Below, piece after piece: positions 48,219-58,238 of a DNA stretch of 64,000 nucleotides. Where the stretch lies: NCBI GenBank assembly GCA_963733295.1, contig CAVTCS010000003.1, positions 2,592,001-2,656,000 of the forward strand, written 5' to 3'. Both the position numbers and the translations under genes were made by a program. The stretch's first letter is position 1; every line of letters begins with the position of its first letter. The DNA comes from Vulcanimicrobiota bacterium. Its GTDB lineage: Bacteria > Vulcanimicrobiota > Vulcanimicrobiia > Vulcanimicrobiales > Vulcanimicrobiaceae. The notes beneath the pieces were generated by a model that was not told where the DNA came from, did no database searches, and saw only the letters and a program-made list of their open reading frames with translations.

Positions 48219-49685
48219 ATGACCAAGCAGATTCGGGCCGTTTTGGCCAGCGCGGCACTGGCTTTGGCGTTTTTGGGCGGCGGCGGTCCCGCCGCGGCGG
48301 AATCGACCTCGATCATCGCCGTCCAGACCTTCCACTCGATCATCCTCAATACACCGGGTCTTACGCGCATCGCCATCGGCGACGGGCGGATCGCCGGCGT
48401 CGTGCCGATCGGCACGAATCAGCTCCTGATCAACGGAAAGTCCCTCGGCCACACGACCCTTATGGTCTGGCAGGGTTCGAGGCGGACCGACTACGAGATC
48501 ACGGTCACCGAGTCGGGCGCCGACGACATCGCCCAGATCCTGCGCGCGGCAATCAACGAGCCGGGCGTCGAAGTCGTCGAAGTCGACTACAACTTCATCA
48601 TTCGCGGCACCGTACCCGACGTCGAAGCATACCGCCACCTCAACGACGTCATCGGCAACTTCAAGGGAATGAAGTTCAAGGGCACCACCGATCACGACAT
48701 CACCGTCGTGAACGCGGTCCAAATCGCCAAACCGCTCGGCAACCTCCAAGACGAGATCGCGACGGTCCCCGGCACGCATGGAGTCCGGGTCGATGCGGAC
48801 GGTCAGGGCAACGTCGTGGTGAGCGGCACGGTTCACGATCGGACCGAGGCCGAACAAGTTTTGGACAAAGTCCGCGGCCTGGCCGGACCCTATCTCGCCA
48901 GCAACGGGCACGTCATCGATCGGCTCGCCTCGGAGACGACGAGCCAAATCGACGTCAAGGTCTACGTCCTCGAAGTCGACAAGACCGCAAACTCGCAACT
49001 GGGTTTGAGCCTGCAAACTGCCACGATCGGCGGAAGCTCGGCGAGCACCGTAACGCTGCAAGGCGTTCAGTACGGGATCTCGACCGCCAATCAGCTGGTC
49101 GCGATCGAAAACCCCGCCAACCCCTCGCAGTTCGGCAAGTGGCTCAACGTCGGTAATCTCGCGCGCGCGACCTACCTCGCGCCGACGATCAACTTGCTCT
49201 TGCAGACCGGTCACGCGCGGATCCTGTCGTCGCCGAACCTCGTCACGAAGCCCGGCTACCAGGCGACGTTTCTGGTCGGCGGCCAAATTCCGATCCCCGT
49301 CTCGAACGGTCTCGGAACCGTCACGATCACGTACAAGACGTTCGGCGTTCAGCTGACCGTAACGCCCACACTGCTGGGCAACGGCGGGGTCGAGTCGGTC
49401 ATCGCACCGGAAATCTCGCAGCTCGATTTCGCCGACGGGATCACGCTCAACGGCTTCGTCGTCCCGGCATTCAAAACGAGTCAGCTCACGACCGACATCG
49501 TGACGCAAAGCGGCGAGAGCATCGTCATGGGCGGCCTCGTGGACCGCCTCGAGTCGCGCGTGCTCAACAAGATCCCGATCCTCGGCGATCTCCCGTTTCT
49601 CGGCCCGCTGTTCCGCTCGACTGCGTACCAGAAACAAGACACCGACGTCGTCTTCGTGTTGACGCCGACCATCGTCACCAAGTAG
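48219..49685 (+). CDS. cpaC: Tad secretin CpaC/RcpA with BON-like domains
   Basis: IAIGDGRIA, G.T.L.VW, V.VLEV, ARILSSPNL, FLVGGQIP, FGVQL.VTP, KIPILGDLP.LG.LFRS. Confidence 0.92.
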   Translation: MTKQIRAVLASAALALAFLGGGGPAAAESTSIIAVQTFHSIILNTPGLTRIAIGDGRIAGVVPIGTNQLLINGKSLGHTTLMVWQGSRRTDYEITVTESGADDIAQILRAAINEPGVEVVEVDYNFIIRGTVPDVEAYRHLNDVIGNFKGMKFKGTTDHDITVVNAVQIAKPLGNLQDEIATVPGTHGVRVDADGQGNVVVSGTVHDRTEAEQVLDKVRGLAGPYLASNGHVIDRLASETTSQIDVKVYVLEVDKTANSQLGLSLQTATIGGSSASTVTLQGVQYGISTANQLVAIENPANPSQFGKWLNVGNLARATYLAPTINLLLQTGHARILSSPNLVTKPGYQATFLVGGQIPIPVSNGLGTVTITYKTFGVQLTVTPTLLGNGGVESVIAPEISQLDFADGITLNGFVVPAFKTSQLTTDIVTQSGESIVMGGLVDRLESRVLNKIPILGDLPFLGPLFRSTAYQKQDTDVVFVLTPTIVTK

Positions 49686-49696
49686 CGAGCGAGGTT

Positions 49697-51157
49697 GTGG
49701 CCGCGCCCGCGGCACGCTCGAGCTCGCAGCGCTTGACACTCTGGCTGTTCGCCTTCGCCCTCGCAGCGACGCTGATCGAGGGCGCCGCGCTGCACTTGGA
49801 CAGGTTGCGTTTCGCGGGCTTCATGCTCGACTTTCGCGCTTTCTACTGCGCGGGCGCAGCGCTCGACGCGGGAGCCGATCCTTACCGCGCCGAGCCGCTG
49901 CGCTCGTGCGAAATCACATCGTACGGAGCGTTCCCTCTCGGGTATCCGCAAGTTGCGGTTCCGGCGCCGCTCCCGGGCTACGCGATCGCTCCCTTCGCGC
50001 TGCTCGCGCATTTGCCGTACGACGCCGCGGCGACGCTCTGGCTCTTCGCGACCGCGCTCGCCATTTTAGCCAGCGCGGCCCTCTTGACCGGGCTTAGCCG
50101 GTTGCCGGCGCCGGTCGTATGGGCGGCGCTGATTTTGCCGCTCGGCCTCGTCTCGGGATTTCTCGGGCAACTCGTCCCGTTCGCGGTGCTCGCGCTCGCT
50201 TCGTGTGCGCGCGCGGTCGAAGCGGGCCGCCCGCGCGTCGCCGCGCTGGCCGCCGCCGCCAGTCTGATCGAGCCGCACTTCGGTTTGCCGGTCTGTCTCG
50301 GGCTCGCGCTCGGAGTGCCGCGCGCGCGCTTGCCGCTCGCGCTCCTGCTCGCGTGCGGCGCGGCCCTTTCGCTCGCGCTGCTCGGGCTCGAGCGAAACCT
50401 CGAGTACGTGCGTGCGGTGTTGCCCGCGCATCTCGCCAGCGAAGTCAGCAACGAAGAACAGTACAGCCTCACGCACTTGCTGAATCTTGCCGGCGCTCCC
50501 GACGCGTTCGCTTTGCAATTGGGCAGCGCTTCGTATGTCGTCGCGATCGTCGCCGGCATAGTGCTCGCGGCGCGACTCGTGCGGCGCGGCGCGCCCGTCA
50601 CGCTGTTCGTGCTCTTACCGGCTGCATTCGCGCCGCTGGGCGGCTCGTTCGTCCACATCCAGCAGATGGCGTTCGTCATACCGGCGTTGCTCGTGCTCTT
50701 GGGCCGCGTCGCGCCGCGCGACGCGTGGCTCGGAACGGCGCTGCTGCTGCTGGCGCTGCCCCTTGGAAACTTCACCTTTCTCTTCGTCACCGCGCCCTTC
50801 GCCGTCGCGACCGTCCTCGTGCTGGCGCGCGAACAACTGCGCCTCTCGTGGCTCGCCGCCGCGCTTCTGGCGTTCGCGGCTGTGGCGAGCATCTGCGTGC
50901 TGACCGCGGCGCTAGGGTCGCGGCCCGACGTCCACGCCGCGGTGGGGGCGGTGGCCGGCGGCGGCCGGCTGGCCGAAGCGAGTTGGGCGGCGTTGATTCG
51001 CGCGAGCTACCACGCGAATGTGGCCGTCTTCACGTTCTCCAAGATTCCGACGTACGCGGGCCTGGCGATCTTCGCGATTGTGACGTTCCGGCTTGCTCTC
51101 GGAGGACGGGATGGCGAGCCTGTCGTCGAACCGAATCGCGCACCGTGCGTAGCCTAA
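49697..51157 (+). CDS. GT87/DUF2029-like GT-C glycosyltransferase
   Basis: DF.AFYCAG...DPY after TM1, P.P..PF..L, LGQ, EPH; more than 10 TM. Confidence 0.75.
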   Translation: MAAPAARSSSQRLTLWLFAFALAATLIEGAALHLDRLRFAGFMLDFRAFYCAGAALDAGADPYRAEPLRSCEITSYGAFPLGYPQVAVPAPLPGYAIAPFALLAHLPYDAAATLWLFATALAILASAALLTGLSRLPAPVVWAALILPLGLVSGFLGQLVPFAVLALASCARAVEAGRPRVAALAAAASLIEPHFGLPVCLGLALGVPRARLPLALLLACGAALSLALLGLERNLEYVRAVLPAHLASEVSNEEQYSLTHLLNLAGAPDAFALQLGSASYVVAIVAGIVLAARLVRRGAPVTLFVLLPAAFAPLGGSFVHIQQMAFVIPALLVLLGRVAPRDAWLGTALLLLALPLGNFTFLFVTAPFAVATVLVLAREQLRLSWLAAALLAFAAVASICVLTAALGSRPDVHAAVGAVAGGGRLAEASWAALIRASYHANVAVFTFSKIPTYAGLAIFAIVTFRLALGGRDGEPVVEPNRAPCVA

Positions 51158-51741
51158 CGACCGGACTTTTTCTCGTCCTGTGCTGTCTGCCCGTCGCGGC
51201 GCCGGCCGGACAGATCATTACCCAGACGCCTGCGGGCGTGCAGGTAATCATCGGCGGACCCGACCCGACGCCGCGGCCGCAAGCCAAGCACCCGAAGAAA
51301 AAGAGGGCCGTTGCGAGCGCCGACGCCGGCGCAAACTACCGCGAGCCGTTGGCGGTCGGCGACGAAGCATACGGTCTGGGTGCGGTGGTCGTCCGCAACG
51401 CGCTCCGTTACGTCGGCGTTCCGTACGTATGGGGCGGAGCATCGCCCTACGGTTTCGATTGCTCCGGCTTTACGTGGTACGTCTACAAGCTGGCCGGCAT
51501 CAGCATTCCGCGCACCGCCGACGTGCAGTTCGCCGTCGGGCGCCCGATCGCGGGCGATCCGATTCCGGGCGACCTCGTCTTCTTTCAAACCTACGACTAC
51601 GGCGCATCGCACGTCGGGATCTATCTTGGAAACGGGCAGTTCGTCAACAGCATCGGCGACGACGTCCACATCGCGAGCTTCAACTCGTACTACTTCCGCA
51701 GCCGCTACCTCGGCGCGCGACGTTTCCTCCCCGACTACTGA
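51145..51741 (+). CDS. NlpC/P60 (C40) cell-wall peptidase
   Basis: YVGVPYVWGG, GFDCSG, PGDLVFF and HVGIYLG motifs; signal peptide from GTG 51145. Confidence 0.9.
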   Translation: MRSLTTGLFLVLCCLPVAAPAGQIITQTPAGVQVIIGGPDPTPRPQAKHPKKKRAVASADAGANYREPLAVGDEAYGLGAVVVRNALRYVGVPYVWGGASPYGFDCSGFTWYVYKLAGISIPRTADVQFAVGRPIAGDPIPGDLVFFQTYDYGASHVGIYLGNGQFVNSIGDDVHIASFNSYYFRSRYLGARRFLPDY

Positions 51742-52994
51742 GCGGGCGCGGTTTCCTTACTAACCGCACTCCAGATCTCGCGCAGAAACGAACCGGCGTC
51801 CATGACGAGGCCGATCGACTGCGTCGAGCCGCGATCGGTCAGCTTCGTGACGCTGGCGGGGTTGATGTCGACGCAGATGACCTTGCACGAGGCCGGCAGC
51901 AGGTTGCCCACCGCGATCGAGTGGAGCAGCGTACAGACGCACAGCGCCATCCCGATCTCGGGAACGTAGCGGCGCATCGCGCGTTGCGCTTCGACGACGT
52001 CGCAGATCACCTCGGGCAGCGGGCCGTCGTCGCGAATCGATCCGGCCAGCACGACCGGAATGTCGCGCCGGTAGGCTTCGTACATGATGCCGCCCTGCAG
52101 CAGGCCGCTGTCGATCGCGGCGCGGATGCCGCCCGCCGCTCGAATCCGGTTGATCGCTCGCAAGTGATGGACGTGGCCCTCTTCCACCGGAAAAGCGTCG
52201 TCGAGGTCCACCCCGAGCGAGGTTCCGAAGAACTGCGCTTCGATGTCGTGCGCGGCCAGCGCGTTGCCTGCGAACAGCGCGTCGACGAAGCCGTCGCGAA
52301 TCAACCATTCGAGATATTTACCGGCGCCGGTGTGGACGATCGCGGGGCCGCCCACGAGCAACACGCGCTTCCCCGCGGCGCGCGTCGCGAGCAGCTCGCG
52401 CGCGACCTCGGCAATCAGCGATTCCTTGGGCTTTTCGCTCGAGACGGCGCTCGACATGAATTCGAAGACCTGCTTGCGGCGCGGCCGCTGCAGTGCTTGC
52501 ACGCGGACGCCGGCGTGACCGACGACGACCCGGTCGCCGGTTTTCACGTCCGAAGGCGCGACCGTCGTAGCCGAATCGCCGCGCACCACGATCGAGCAGT
52601 CCATCTCGGGAAGCGCCACCGCAAGCCAGTGCCCGGCGACCCGGACCTCGGTCTCGAGGTTCGTCGTCGCGTAGAAGTCGTCGGGCAGAACGCCGTCCCG
52701 CGACACCCGCTCGGTGCGCACGTCCGTGTCGTCGGGAACGATCGCGCCGATGTCGCGCAGCTTGTCGAGCAGATCCGAGAGGTGTTCGCTCGAGTCGGCT
52801 TCGATCCGCAGACGCGCCGTGCTCGGCTCGGTCGCGGTTTGTCCGACCGAGAAGTTATCGATCGTGTATCGCGCGTATTCGTTATCCATGATGACTTCGA
52901 GGACGTGACCGAAGACGCCCGAGTCGAGGATGTGGCCGCGCAGTTCGATCTCGCGGACGTACGCTCCCGAGTTATTTTCCGACGAGGCGGCCAT
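51735..52994 (-). CDS. TIGR00300 family (LOR/SDH; ArgZ/AgrE C-terminal ornithine cyclodeaminase-like)
   Basis: GHILDSG, FY.TTN, EMDC, F.FMSS.VSSE, GNALA.HDIE, GSIRDDGPLP, LHSIAVGN, KL.DRGS. Confidence 0.88.
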   Translation of the reverse strand: MAASSENNSGAYVREIELRGHILDSGVFGHVLEVIMDNEYARYTIDNFSVGQTATEPSTARLRIEADSSEHLSDLLDKLRDIGAIVPDDTDVRTERVSRDGVLPDDFYATTNLETEVRVAGHWLAVALPEMDCSIVVRGDSATTVAPSDVKTGDRVVVGHAGVRVQALQRPRRKQVFEFMSSAVSSEKPKESLIAEVARELLATRAAGKRVLLVGGPAIVHTGAGKYLEWLIRDGFVDALFAGNALAAHDIEAQFFGTSLGVDLDDAFPVEEGHVHHLRAINRIRAAGGIRAAIDSGLLQGGIMYEAYRRDIPVVLAGSIRDDGPLPEVICDVVEAQRAMRRYVPEIGMALCVCTLLHSIAVGNLLPASCKVICVDINPASVTKLTDRGSTQSIGLVMDAGSFLREIWSAVSKETAPAQ

Positions 52995-53038
52995 GCGCGA
53001 GGCTTCGGTACGCGGCTCGCAGGAGCATTGTCAAACCG

Positions 53039-54433
53039 GTGCTAAGCCTGCGCGCCGCTCACTATCTGGTCCTGATCGCGCTGTGGGTCGCGAGTTTGGC
53101 GTTGCCGCGACGCCCCGCGCAGGAGGAATCCCGGAGCGCGCGCGGCGTCGCCCCCAACCCGCAAGTCTTGATTTGCACCGCGCTTCTCGCCGCGGCCGCC
53201 CTCGCGCAGCTGCACGTGATCGCGCTCGCCGCGCACCAGCAAGTCCCGCTGACCGCCTGGCGCGCAGCGCTGCCGCTCGTGCCGATCGACGATTCGCCGC
53301 CGCTCTTCGGTCACACCGCGGCTTGGATCGGTGAATCGACCGGCGCGCTGGCTCTGCTGCAAAGCGCGCTGCTTGCAGCGCTGTACGCGTTCGTGCGGGG
53401 GCGAACGCTTTCGCGCGCGGCCTGGTTCGCCTTCGCGGGCGCGGGCGGCCTCATCGCGCTCGCCGCGCTCTTTTCGAGCGGGCTCACGAGTTCGGACATC
53501 TACCTCTATGCCGGCCACGGCAGGCTGGGGTTAGGGGCGTACGCGCCGCCCGCCGCGCGCTTCCCAGGCGAATTCGGTGCGATCAACGATCTGCGCGGCG
53601 TCCCGATTTATCCCTCGCTGTACGGACCGCTTTGGCTGGCCGTCGCTTCGGGCATTAGCCTGGGGGTGCACGGTCTCGTGGCGCAGCTGTTCGCTTTCCG
53701 GGTGGTCGGTTTGACACTCTTTGCAACCTGTCTGGCTTTGCTCGCCGCAATGCGCTGCTCGCCGGCAATCCTCGCGCTGTTCGCACTCAACCCGGCCTTC
53801 TACGAGCAATTCGTGGCCGACGCGCACAACGACGTCTTACCGCTCGCGTTGACGCTTGCGGCGCTCTGGCTCGTGCCGCGCCGCGCTTGGCTCGGCTGTC
53901 TGCTGGTCGTGGCGGCCGGCGCAACGAAGCTGCCCTTCGCGATCGCGGGTTTGGTCGCGTTCGGCGCGATCCCGAGTCGCGCGCAGCGCCTCGCGCTGGG
54001 GACGGTGAGCGTTCTCGGCGCGCTCGCCGCGACGTTCGTGGCCAGTGGAGGGATGTATTTTTCGAACTCGGCGCGCATGTCGGCGCGCATCACGCACGAC
54101 GCTTTCATCGTCGTCACGCACGACGTCACGATCGCGCTCGCGCTCGCCGCTGCGGTCCTGGCACTCGTGTTCGGCCGCTATTTGGCCGGCGCGAGCTGGT
54201 CGTTCGTCGCGCTCAGCACGACCCTCTTCCCCTGGTACGTCGCATGGTCGGTTCCGTACGCTCTCGTCGAGGAAACGCTGCTGCCGGTCTTCCTCTGCGC
54301 GCTGCCCGTGGCGACGTTTCTGATGTCGTCGGTCTATGCCCCGACACCGCTCGGCGAAGCACTGAACCTGTTGGCGATCGCATCGCCACTGCTGCTCGTC
54401 GCGCGCGCGCGGCGCAAAGCGGCCGGCCACTAG
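53039..54433 (+). CDS. MptA/MptB-like GT-C glycosyltransferase
   Basis: SSDIYLY..G, YGPLW, ALNP, AHND, K and FPWY motifs. Confidence 0.78.
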   Translation: MLSLRAAHYLVLIALWVASLALPRRPAQEESRSARGVAPNPQVLICTALLAAAALAQLHVIALAAHQQVPLTAWRAALPLVPIDDSPPLFGHTAAWIGESTGALALLQSALLAALYAFVRGRTLSRAAWFAFAGAGGLIALAALFSSGLTSSDIYLYAGHGRLGLGAYAPPAARFPGEFGAINDLRGVPIYPSLYGPLWLAVASGISLGVHGLVAQLFAFRVVGLTLFATCLALLAAMRCSPAILALFALNPAFYEQFVADAHNDVLPLALTLAALWLVPRRAWLGCLLVVAAGATKLPFAIAGLVAFGAIPSRAQRLALGTVSVLGALAATFVASGGMYFSNSARMSARITHDAFIVVTHDVTIALALAAAVLALVFGRYLAGASWSFVALSTTLFPWYVAWSVPYALVEETLLPVFLCALPVATFLMSSVYAPTPLGEALNLLAIASPLLLVARARRKAAGH

Positions 54434-54441
54434 GAGGATCC

Positions 54442-55293
54442 GTGCCGCTGATCCTCATCCCGACGCCGATCGGCAACCTGCGCGACATCACGCTGCGCGC
54501 GCTCGACGCGCTCGCCGCATGCGACTGTGTCGTGGCCGAAGACACGCGCGTCGCGGCGCGTTTGCTCAACGCTTACGGCATCCGCGGCAAGCCGGTACGC
54601 GGCTACCGCGAGCAGAACGCGGCCGAGGTCACGGGCGCGATCTTAGAGCAAGCGCGCGAGCACGCCGTCGCAGTTCTGAGCGACGCAGGCATGCCGGGAA
54701 TCTCCGATCCGGGGCGCGAGCTCGTAGCCGCGGCGCGCGCCGCGGGGATCGCCGTCGAGGTCTTGCCGGGCGCCAGCGCTTTCGTGTGCGCGGCGGTACT
54801 CTCGGGTTTCGCACTCGAGCGTTTTTCGTTCGAAGGTTTCTTGCCGCGCGCGCGCGGCGAGCGCGAGCGCAGCTTGCGCGCTGCGCTGTTGCGCGGCACG
54901 ACGACGGTTTGGTACGAAGCGCCGCACCGCATCCTCGCCTCGCTCGCGACGCTCGCAGCCCTCGCGCCCGAGGCCGACGTGTTCGTCGCGCGCGAACTCA
55001 CCAAGCTCCACGAACAGCAAATCCTCGGAAAACCTTCCGCCGTAATCGCGGCGCTGGCCGCGCCGGTTCGCGGCGAGATCGTGCTGGTGCTCGGACCCGT
55101 CGCGCGCGGCGAACCCGCCGCGAGCGAAGAGCAACTCGAGGCCGCGATCGATGCGGCCCTCGCCGCGGGTTCGCCGCCGGCCGCGATCGCGAAGGCGCTC
55201 GCTCGCGAGAGCGCGCACTCGCGCCAGGAACTCTACGCGCGGGTGATCGAGCGCAAGCTGGCGCGCGAACGGCGCTCGGAAGGCTCGCTCTGA
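54442..55293 (+). CDS. rsmI: 16S rRNA C1402 2'-O-methyltransferase
   Basis: PTPIGNL.DIT.RAL, AEDTR, SDAGMPGISDPG, YEAPHR, RELTKLHE; GTG start after AGGAGG. Confidence 0.95.
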   Translation: MPLILIPTPIGNLRDITLRALDALAACDCVVAEDTRVAARLLNAYGIRGKPVRGYREQNAAEVTGAILEQAREHAVAVLSDAGMPGISDPGRELVAAARAAGIAVEVLPGASAFVCAAVLSGFALERFSFEGFLPRARGERERSLRAALLRGTTTVWYEAPHRILASLATLAALAPEADVFVARELTKLHEQQILGKPSAVIAALAAPVRGEIVLVLGPVARGEPAASEEQLEAAIDAALAAGSPPAAIAKALARESAHSRQELYARVIERKLARERRSEGSL

Positions 55294-56594
55294 CCGCCTC
55301 CGGCGGCTATCCCGAAGGCGGCGACGATCAGCGCGATGAGCCCAAGCCACGTCGGGAGCTTCGTTTCGAAGCGTTGTGCCGGCGTGCGCCGGTCGCGCAC
55401 CGAAAACGTCTGCCACAGCCCCCACTCGTCTTCGGCCAATCGTCCTCCGTCGGAGAGCTGGCGCATCGGGGTCGTGAAGTCGACCTTGCGCACCGGCGGC
55501 AAGCGGTTATTGAAAAAGGGCATCTCGGCGAACGATTGCCACGGAACCGCAAGCAGCAAGAGAGCGGCAACGGCGAGCGTTCGCCACGGGCTGCGTCGCG
55601 CGACGAGCATGAATGCGAGCGGTAAGGCAAAAGCCATTTGATGGATGTGCTCGTACGCGCCGCCGAGCAACACCAGCGCCGGCGGAACGAGCGCAACGAA
55701 GGCGCGATCTTGCAGCGAGCCAGCCAATCGGCCGGCCAGCACGACGCCGGCGGCGAGCATGAGGAGGTACGAGAGCGCTCCGACCTGCAGCGCGAGTCCC
55801 GGCGCGACGCCGGCTTGCGCGAGCAACGCGCTCAAGCTGTATTGTCCGACGAAGGACAAGCCCTCGGCGAGCGCTTGGGCCGGAACGACGCGAACGAAAT
55901 ACTCCACGTTCTGCGCGATGCCGCCGTACGCGAGCGAGAACAGCGCGAGCAGACCGCCGAACGCCAGCAGGCCGCGCCGCGTTCGAGGTTCCCATATGAA
56001 AAGCGCGAGGCAGAGAGGCAAGCCGACGTGGGCTTCGATCAGCGTCGCGGCGCCGAACGCCGCCGCTGCGAGCGGTTTCTCCGCGCGCAACGCGAGAGCC
56101 GCCGCGCACACGAAGCAGAGCACGATCGGAACGATCTGACCGATCAGAATCGAGGCCAACGCGTCGGCGAGCAGCAGCGGAAAGAAGAGCACGAGCGGTC
56201 CAAGTCCGGTGAGCCTCCGCAGCAGCACGTACGTGAGCGCGGTAGCGGCCAATAAGAGAACGAACCAGAGGGTCGCGGCGACGCGATAGCCGGCCAGACC
56301 GAAGAGCGCGAAGGGCGCCAGAACGAACGGCGGCAACGGCGCCGGCACGACCAGGTACGGCACAATCTTAAAGCCGAGCGAGCTCATCGCCGCCGCCTCG
56401 CAACCGCGCAACGGTTCGGCGAGGTAAGGGTCGGCGCGCGCCGCGCTCACCTTGCCGGCGCAATAGAACGCCAAGAAATCGATCTGGTTGCGCGCCGAAA
56501 TGCGCGTGGCTTGCCCGAGCACGTCGCGGGTCGAGAAGAACGCGACGCTCAGCGCGACGGCAACGACGAGCAGCGCGACGAGCGGCTTCTTCAT
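55233..56594 (-). CDS. GT87/DUF2029-like GT-C glycosyltransferase (paralog of 49697-51157)
   Basis: DFLAFYCAG...ADPY.AEPLR.CE, VPAPLP, IGQ, HI.QMAF, GGRLAE; ATGA-coupled to the upstream gene. Confidence 0.75.
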   Translation of the reverse strand: MKKPLVALLVVAVALSVAFFSTRDVLGQATRISARNQIDFLAFYCAGKVSAARADPYLAEPLRGCEAAAMSSLGFKIVPYLVVPAPLPPFVLAPFALFGLAGYRVAATLWFVLLLAATALTYVLLRRLTGLGPLVLFFPLLLADALASILIGQIVPIVLCFVCAAALALRAEKPLAAAAFGAATLIEAHVGLPLCLALFIWEPRTRRGLLAFGGLLALFSLAYGGIAQNVEYFVRVVPAQALAEGLSFVGQYSLSALLAQAGVAPGLALQVGALSYLLMLAAGVVLAGRLAGSLQDRAFVALVPPALVLLGGAYEHIHQMAFALPLAFMLVARRSPWRTLAVAALLLLAVPWQSFAEMPFFNNRLPPVRKVDFTTPMRQLSDGGRLAEDEWGLWQTFSVRDRRTPAQRFETKLPTWLGLIALIVAAFGIAAGGGQSEPSERRSRASLRSITRA

Positions 56595-58174
56595 TTCGGG
56601 CTGCGCAGATCGTACACGATCATCGAAGTCCACTCGACGTTAGCCGGAAAGTCGTAGCGCTCGGAAATGCGGTAGCGCCGTGCGAGTTCGTCGGTGAGGA
56701 CGTCGGTCATCTGGTACGGGAGGATTCCGGAGCGACCGAACGGACGCGCCAGCGAGGTCGGGCGCACGACGGCCAGCAATCTCGTTCCGCGCGCGGCGAG
56801 TTGCCCGATGCGGCTCAGCGTCCGGCCCACCGCGCCGGGCTCGGCCCATGCCGCGGTTTCGGCCCCGATGTCAAAATCTTGCGGATCGTTCCAACGCGGG
56901 AAACCGTAGATCGCACGCCCCTGCGCGTAGAACGCGCAGCTTGCCGCGGCATAGCCCGGGGCGACGAGGATAGCGGCCGTGCGCAGCGCGCCTTCCGAGA
57001 GCGTCTCGCCTGCGGCTTGCATGCCGCTCTTCGGCTGGCGGACGAGATAGACCGTCGGTTTGACGCTCGTCAGTGCGAGCAGGAGACCGGCATAGCCGAG
57101 GGCGAGGGCCGCGACGGCAGGCGCGCCGCGCGCACGGCGCACCAAGCTCGCCACGAACTCGTCGAGGATGCGCGCGTAGATCGCGATCGCCGGCGCGAGC
57201 ATCGGGAAAACGTAACGCTGATCCCGATAGCCGAGGGCCGCCTCGATCGCGACGACCCACAAGATCGAAACGGCTACGACGAAAGTGCCCGCGTCGCGTG
57301 GAGTATCGGCGTCCTGTTGGCGCAAGCGTGCGTGCAGGAACAAGGCGTACGTCGCGACCGCAACGAGCGCGACGTAAGCGAAGATAAACGTAAATGCCGC
57401 GCTCGTGCCGGACAAGGAGCCCGGAAACGTGTACGACATCAAAGCGATCGCCGCGCCCGGACGCACCGCCCACGAAGGGAAATCGATCCAGGGAGTTCCG
57501 GCGCGCAACTGCTGTGCCAGAACCGGCGCCCATGGCGCGAGTGCGACGGCGAGCAACGACAGCGGCACGAGCAGGCGCGTCAGCGGCGGGCGATCGGTGG
57601 CGCGCAGACAAGCCGTGGCGGCAACGAGTCCGGCGATGAAGATGACGCCGACGTAGTGCGTGTACACGAGCAAGAGCGCCCACCCGAACCACCACGGCCG
57701 TCCGCGCAGTGCGAGCCAGCGCACGTAAGCGTAAGCGGTCATGGCCACGAGCAGCGCCGCGAGCGTGTAGGGCCGCAACTCTTGGGAGTAATAGATCGCG
57801 GGTTCGGCGGTCGTCACGAGCCATGTTGCGAGCAGTGCGGAGCGCCGGTTCCCGAGCGCGCTCGCGAGCAGGAAGGTAGCCGGGATCAGCAAGATGCCGC
57901 ACGCCAGCGGCAAAATTTTCAGCGCGACTTCGCCAAAACCGAAGAGCGAACCGAGCGCGCGCTCGAGCAGAAAGAACAAAGGGGGATTCGTCTCGACGCG
58001 CGCGATGTGCTCGATCGTCGCGCGCAGCGTCGGTTGCGTCACGTCGAAGAAGGTATAGGCCTCGTCGCGCCAGACGCCGACGCCGGCGAACGGGACCCGC
58101 AGCAGCGCTCCGAAGATCGTCAGCGCGACCACCGCCGGCAGCACCCAGCTCACGCTCGTCATCCGGCGCGTCAT
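56591..58174 (-). CDS. GT39/PMT (ArnT-like) GT-C glycosyltransferase
   Basis: LR...W.DE, NPPLFF, YSQELRPY, YTHY and RY motifs. Confidence 0.82.
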   Translation of the reverse strand: MTRRMTSVSWVLPAVVALTIFGALLRVPFAGVGVWRDEAYTFFDVTQPTLRATIEHIARVETNPPLFFLLERALGSLFGFGEVALKILPLACGILLIPATFLLASALGNRRSALLATWLVTTAEPAIYYSQELRPYTLAALLVAMTAYAYVRWLALRGRPWWFGWALLLVYTHYVGVIFIAGLVAATACLRATDRPPLTRLLVPLSLLAVALAPWAPVLAQQLRAGTPWIDFPSWAVRPGAAIALMSYTFPGSLSGTSAAFTFIFAYVALVAVATYALFLHARLRQQDADTPRDAGTFVVAVSILWVVAIEAALGYRDQRYVFPMLAPAIAIYARILDEFVASLVRRARGAPAVAALALGYAGLLLALTSVKPTVYLVRQPKSGMQAAGETLSEGALRTAAILVAPGYAAASCAFYAQGRAIYGFPRWNDPQDFDIGAETAAWAEPGAVGRTLSRIGQLAARGTRLLAVVRPTSLARPFGRSGILPYQMTDVLTDELARRYRISERYDFPANVEWTSMIVYDLRSPK

Positions 58175-58238
58175 ATATCACACCTGTCTTCGGCAGGCGA
58201 CCGGGTTCCCGCTACCCCTTGACGGAAGCGTCCGGGAG

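Noticed and set aside
21176..58222. Long alternative-frame or antisense ORFs (e.g. 21457-22767, 30954-32405, 43297-44886, 48189-49739, 51180-53045, 56801-58222)
   Set aside because: Shadow frames of recognisable genes, expected at high GC, with no family motifs.
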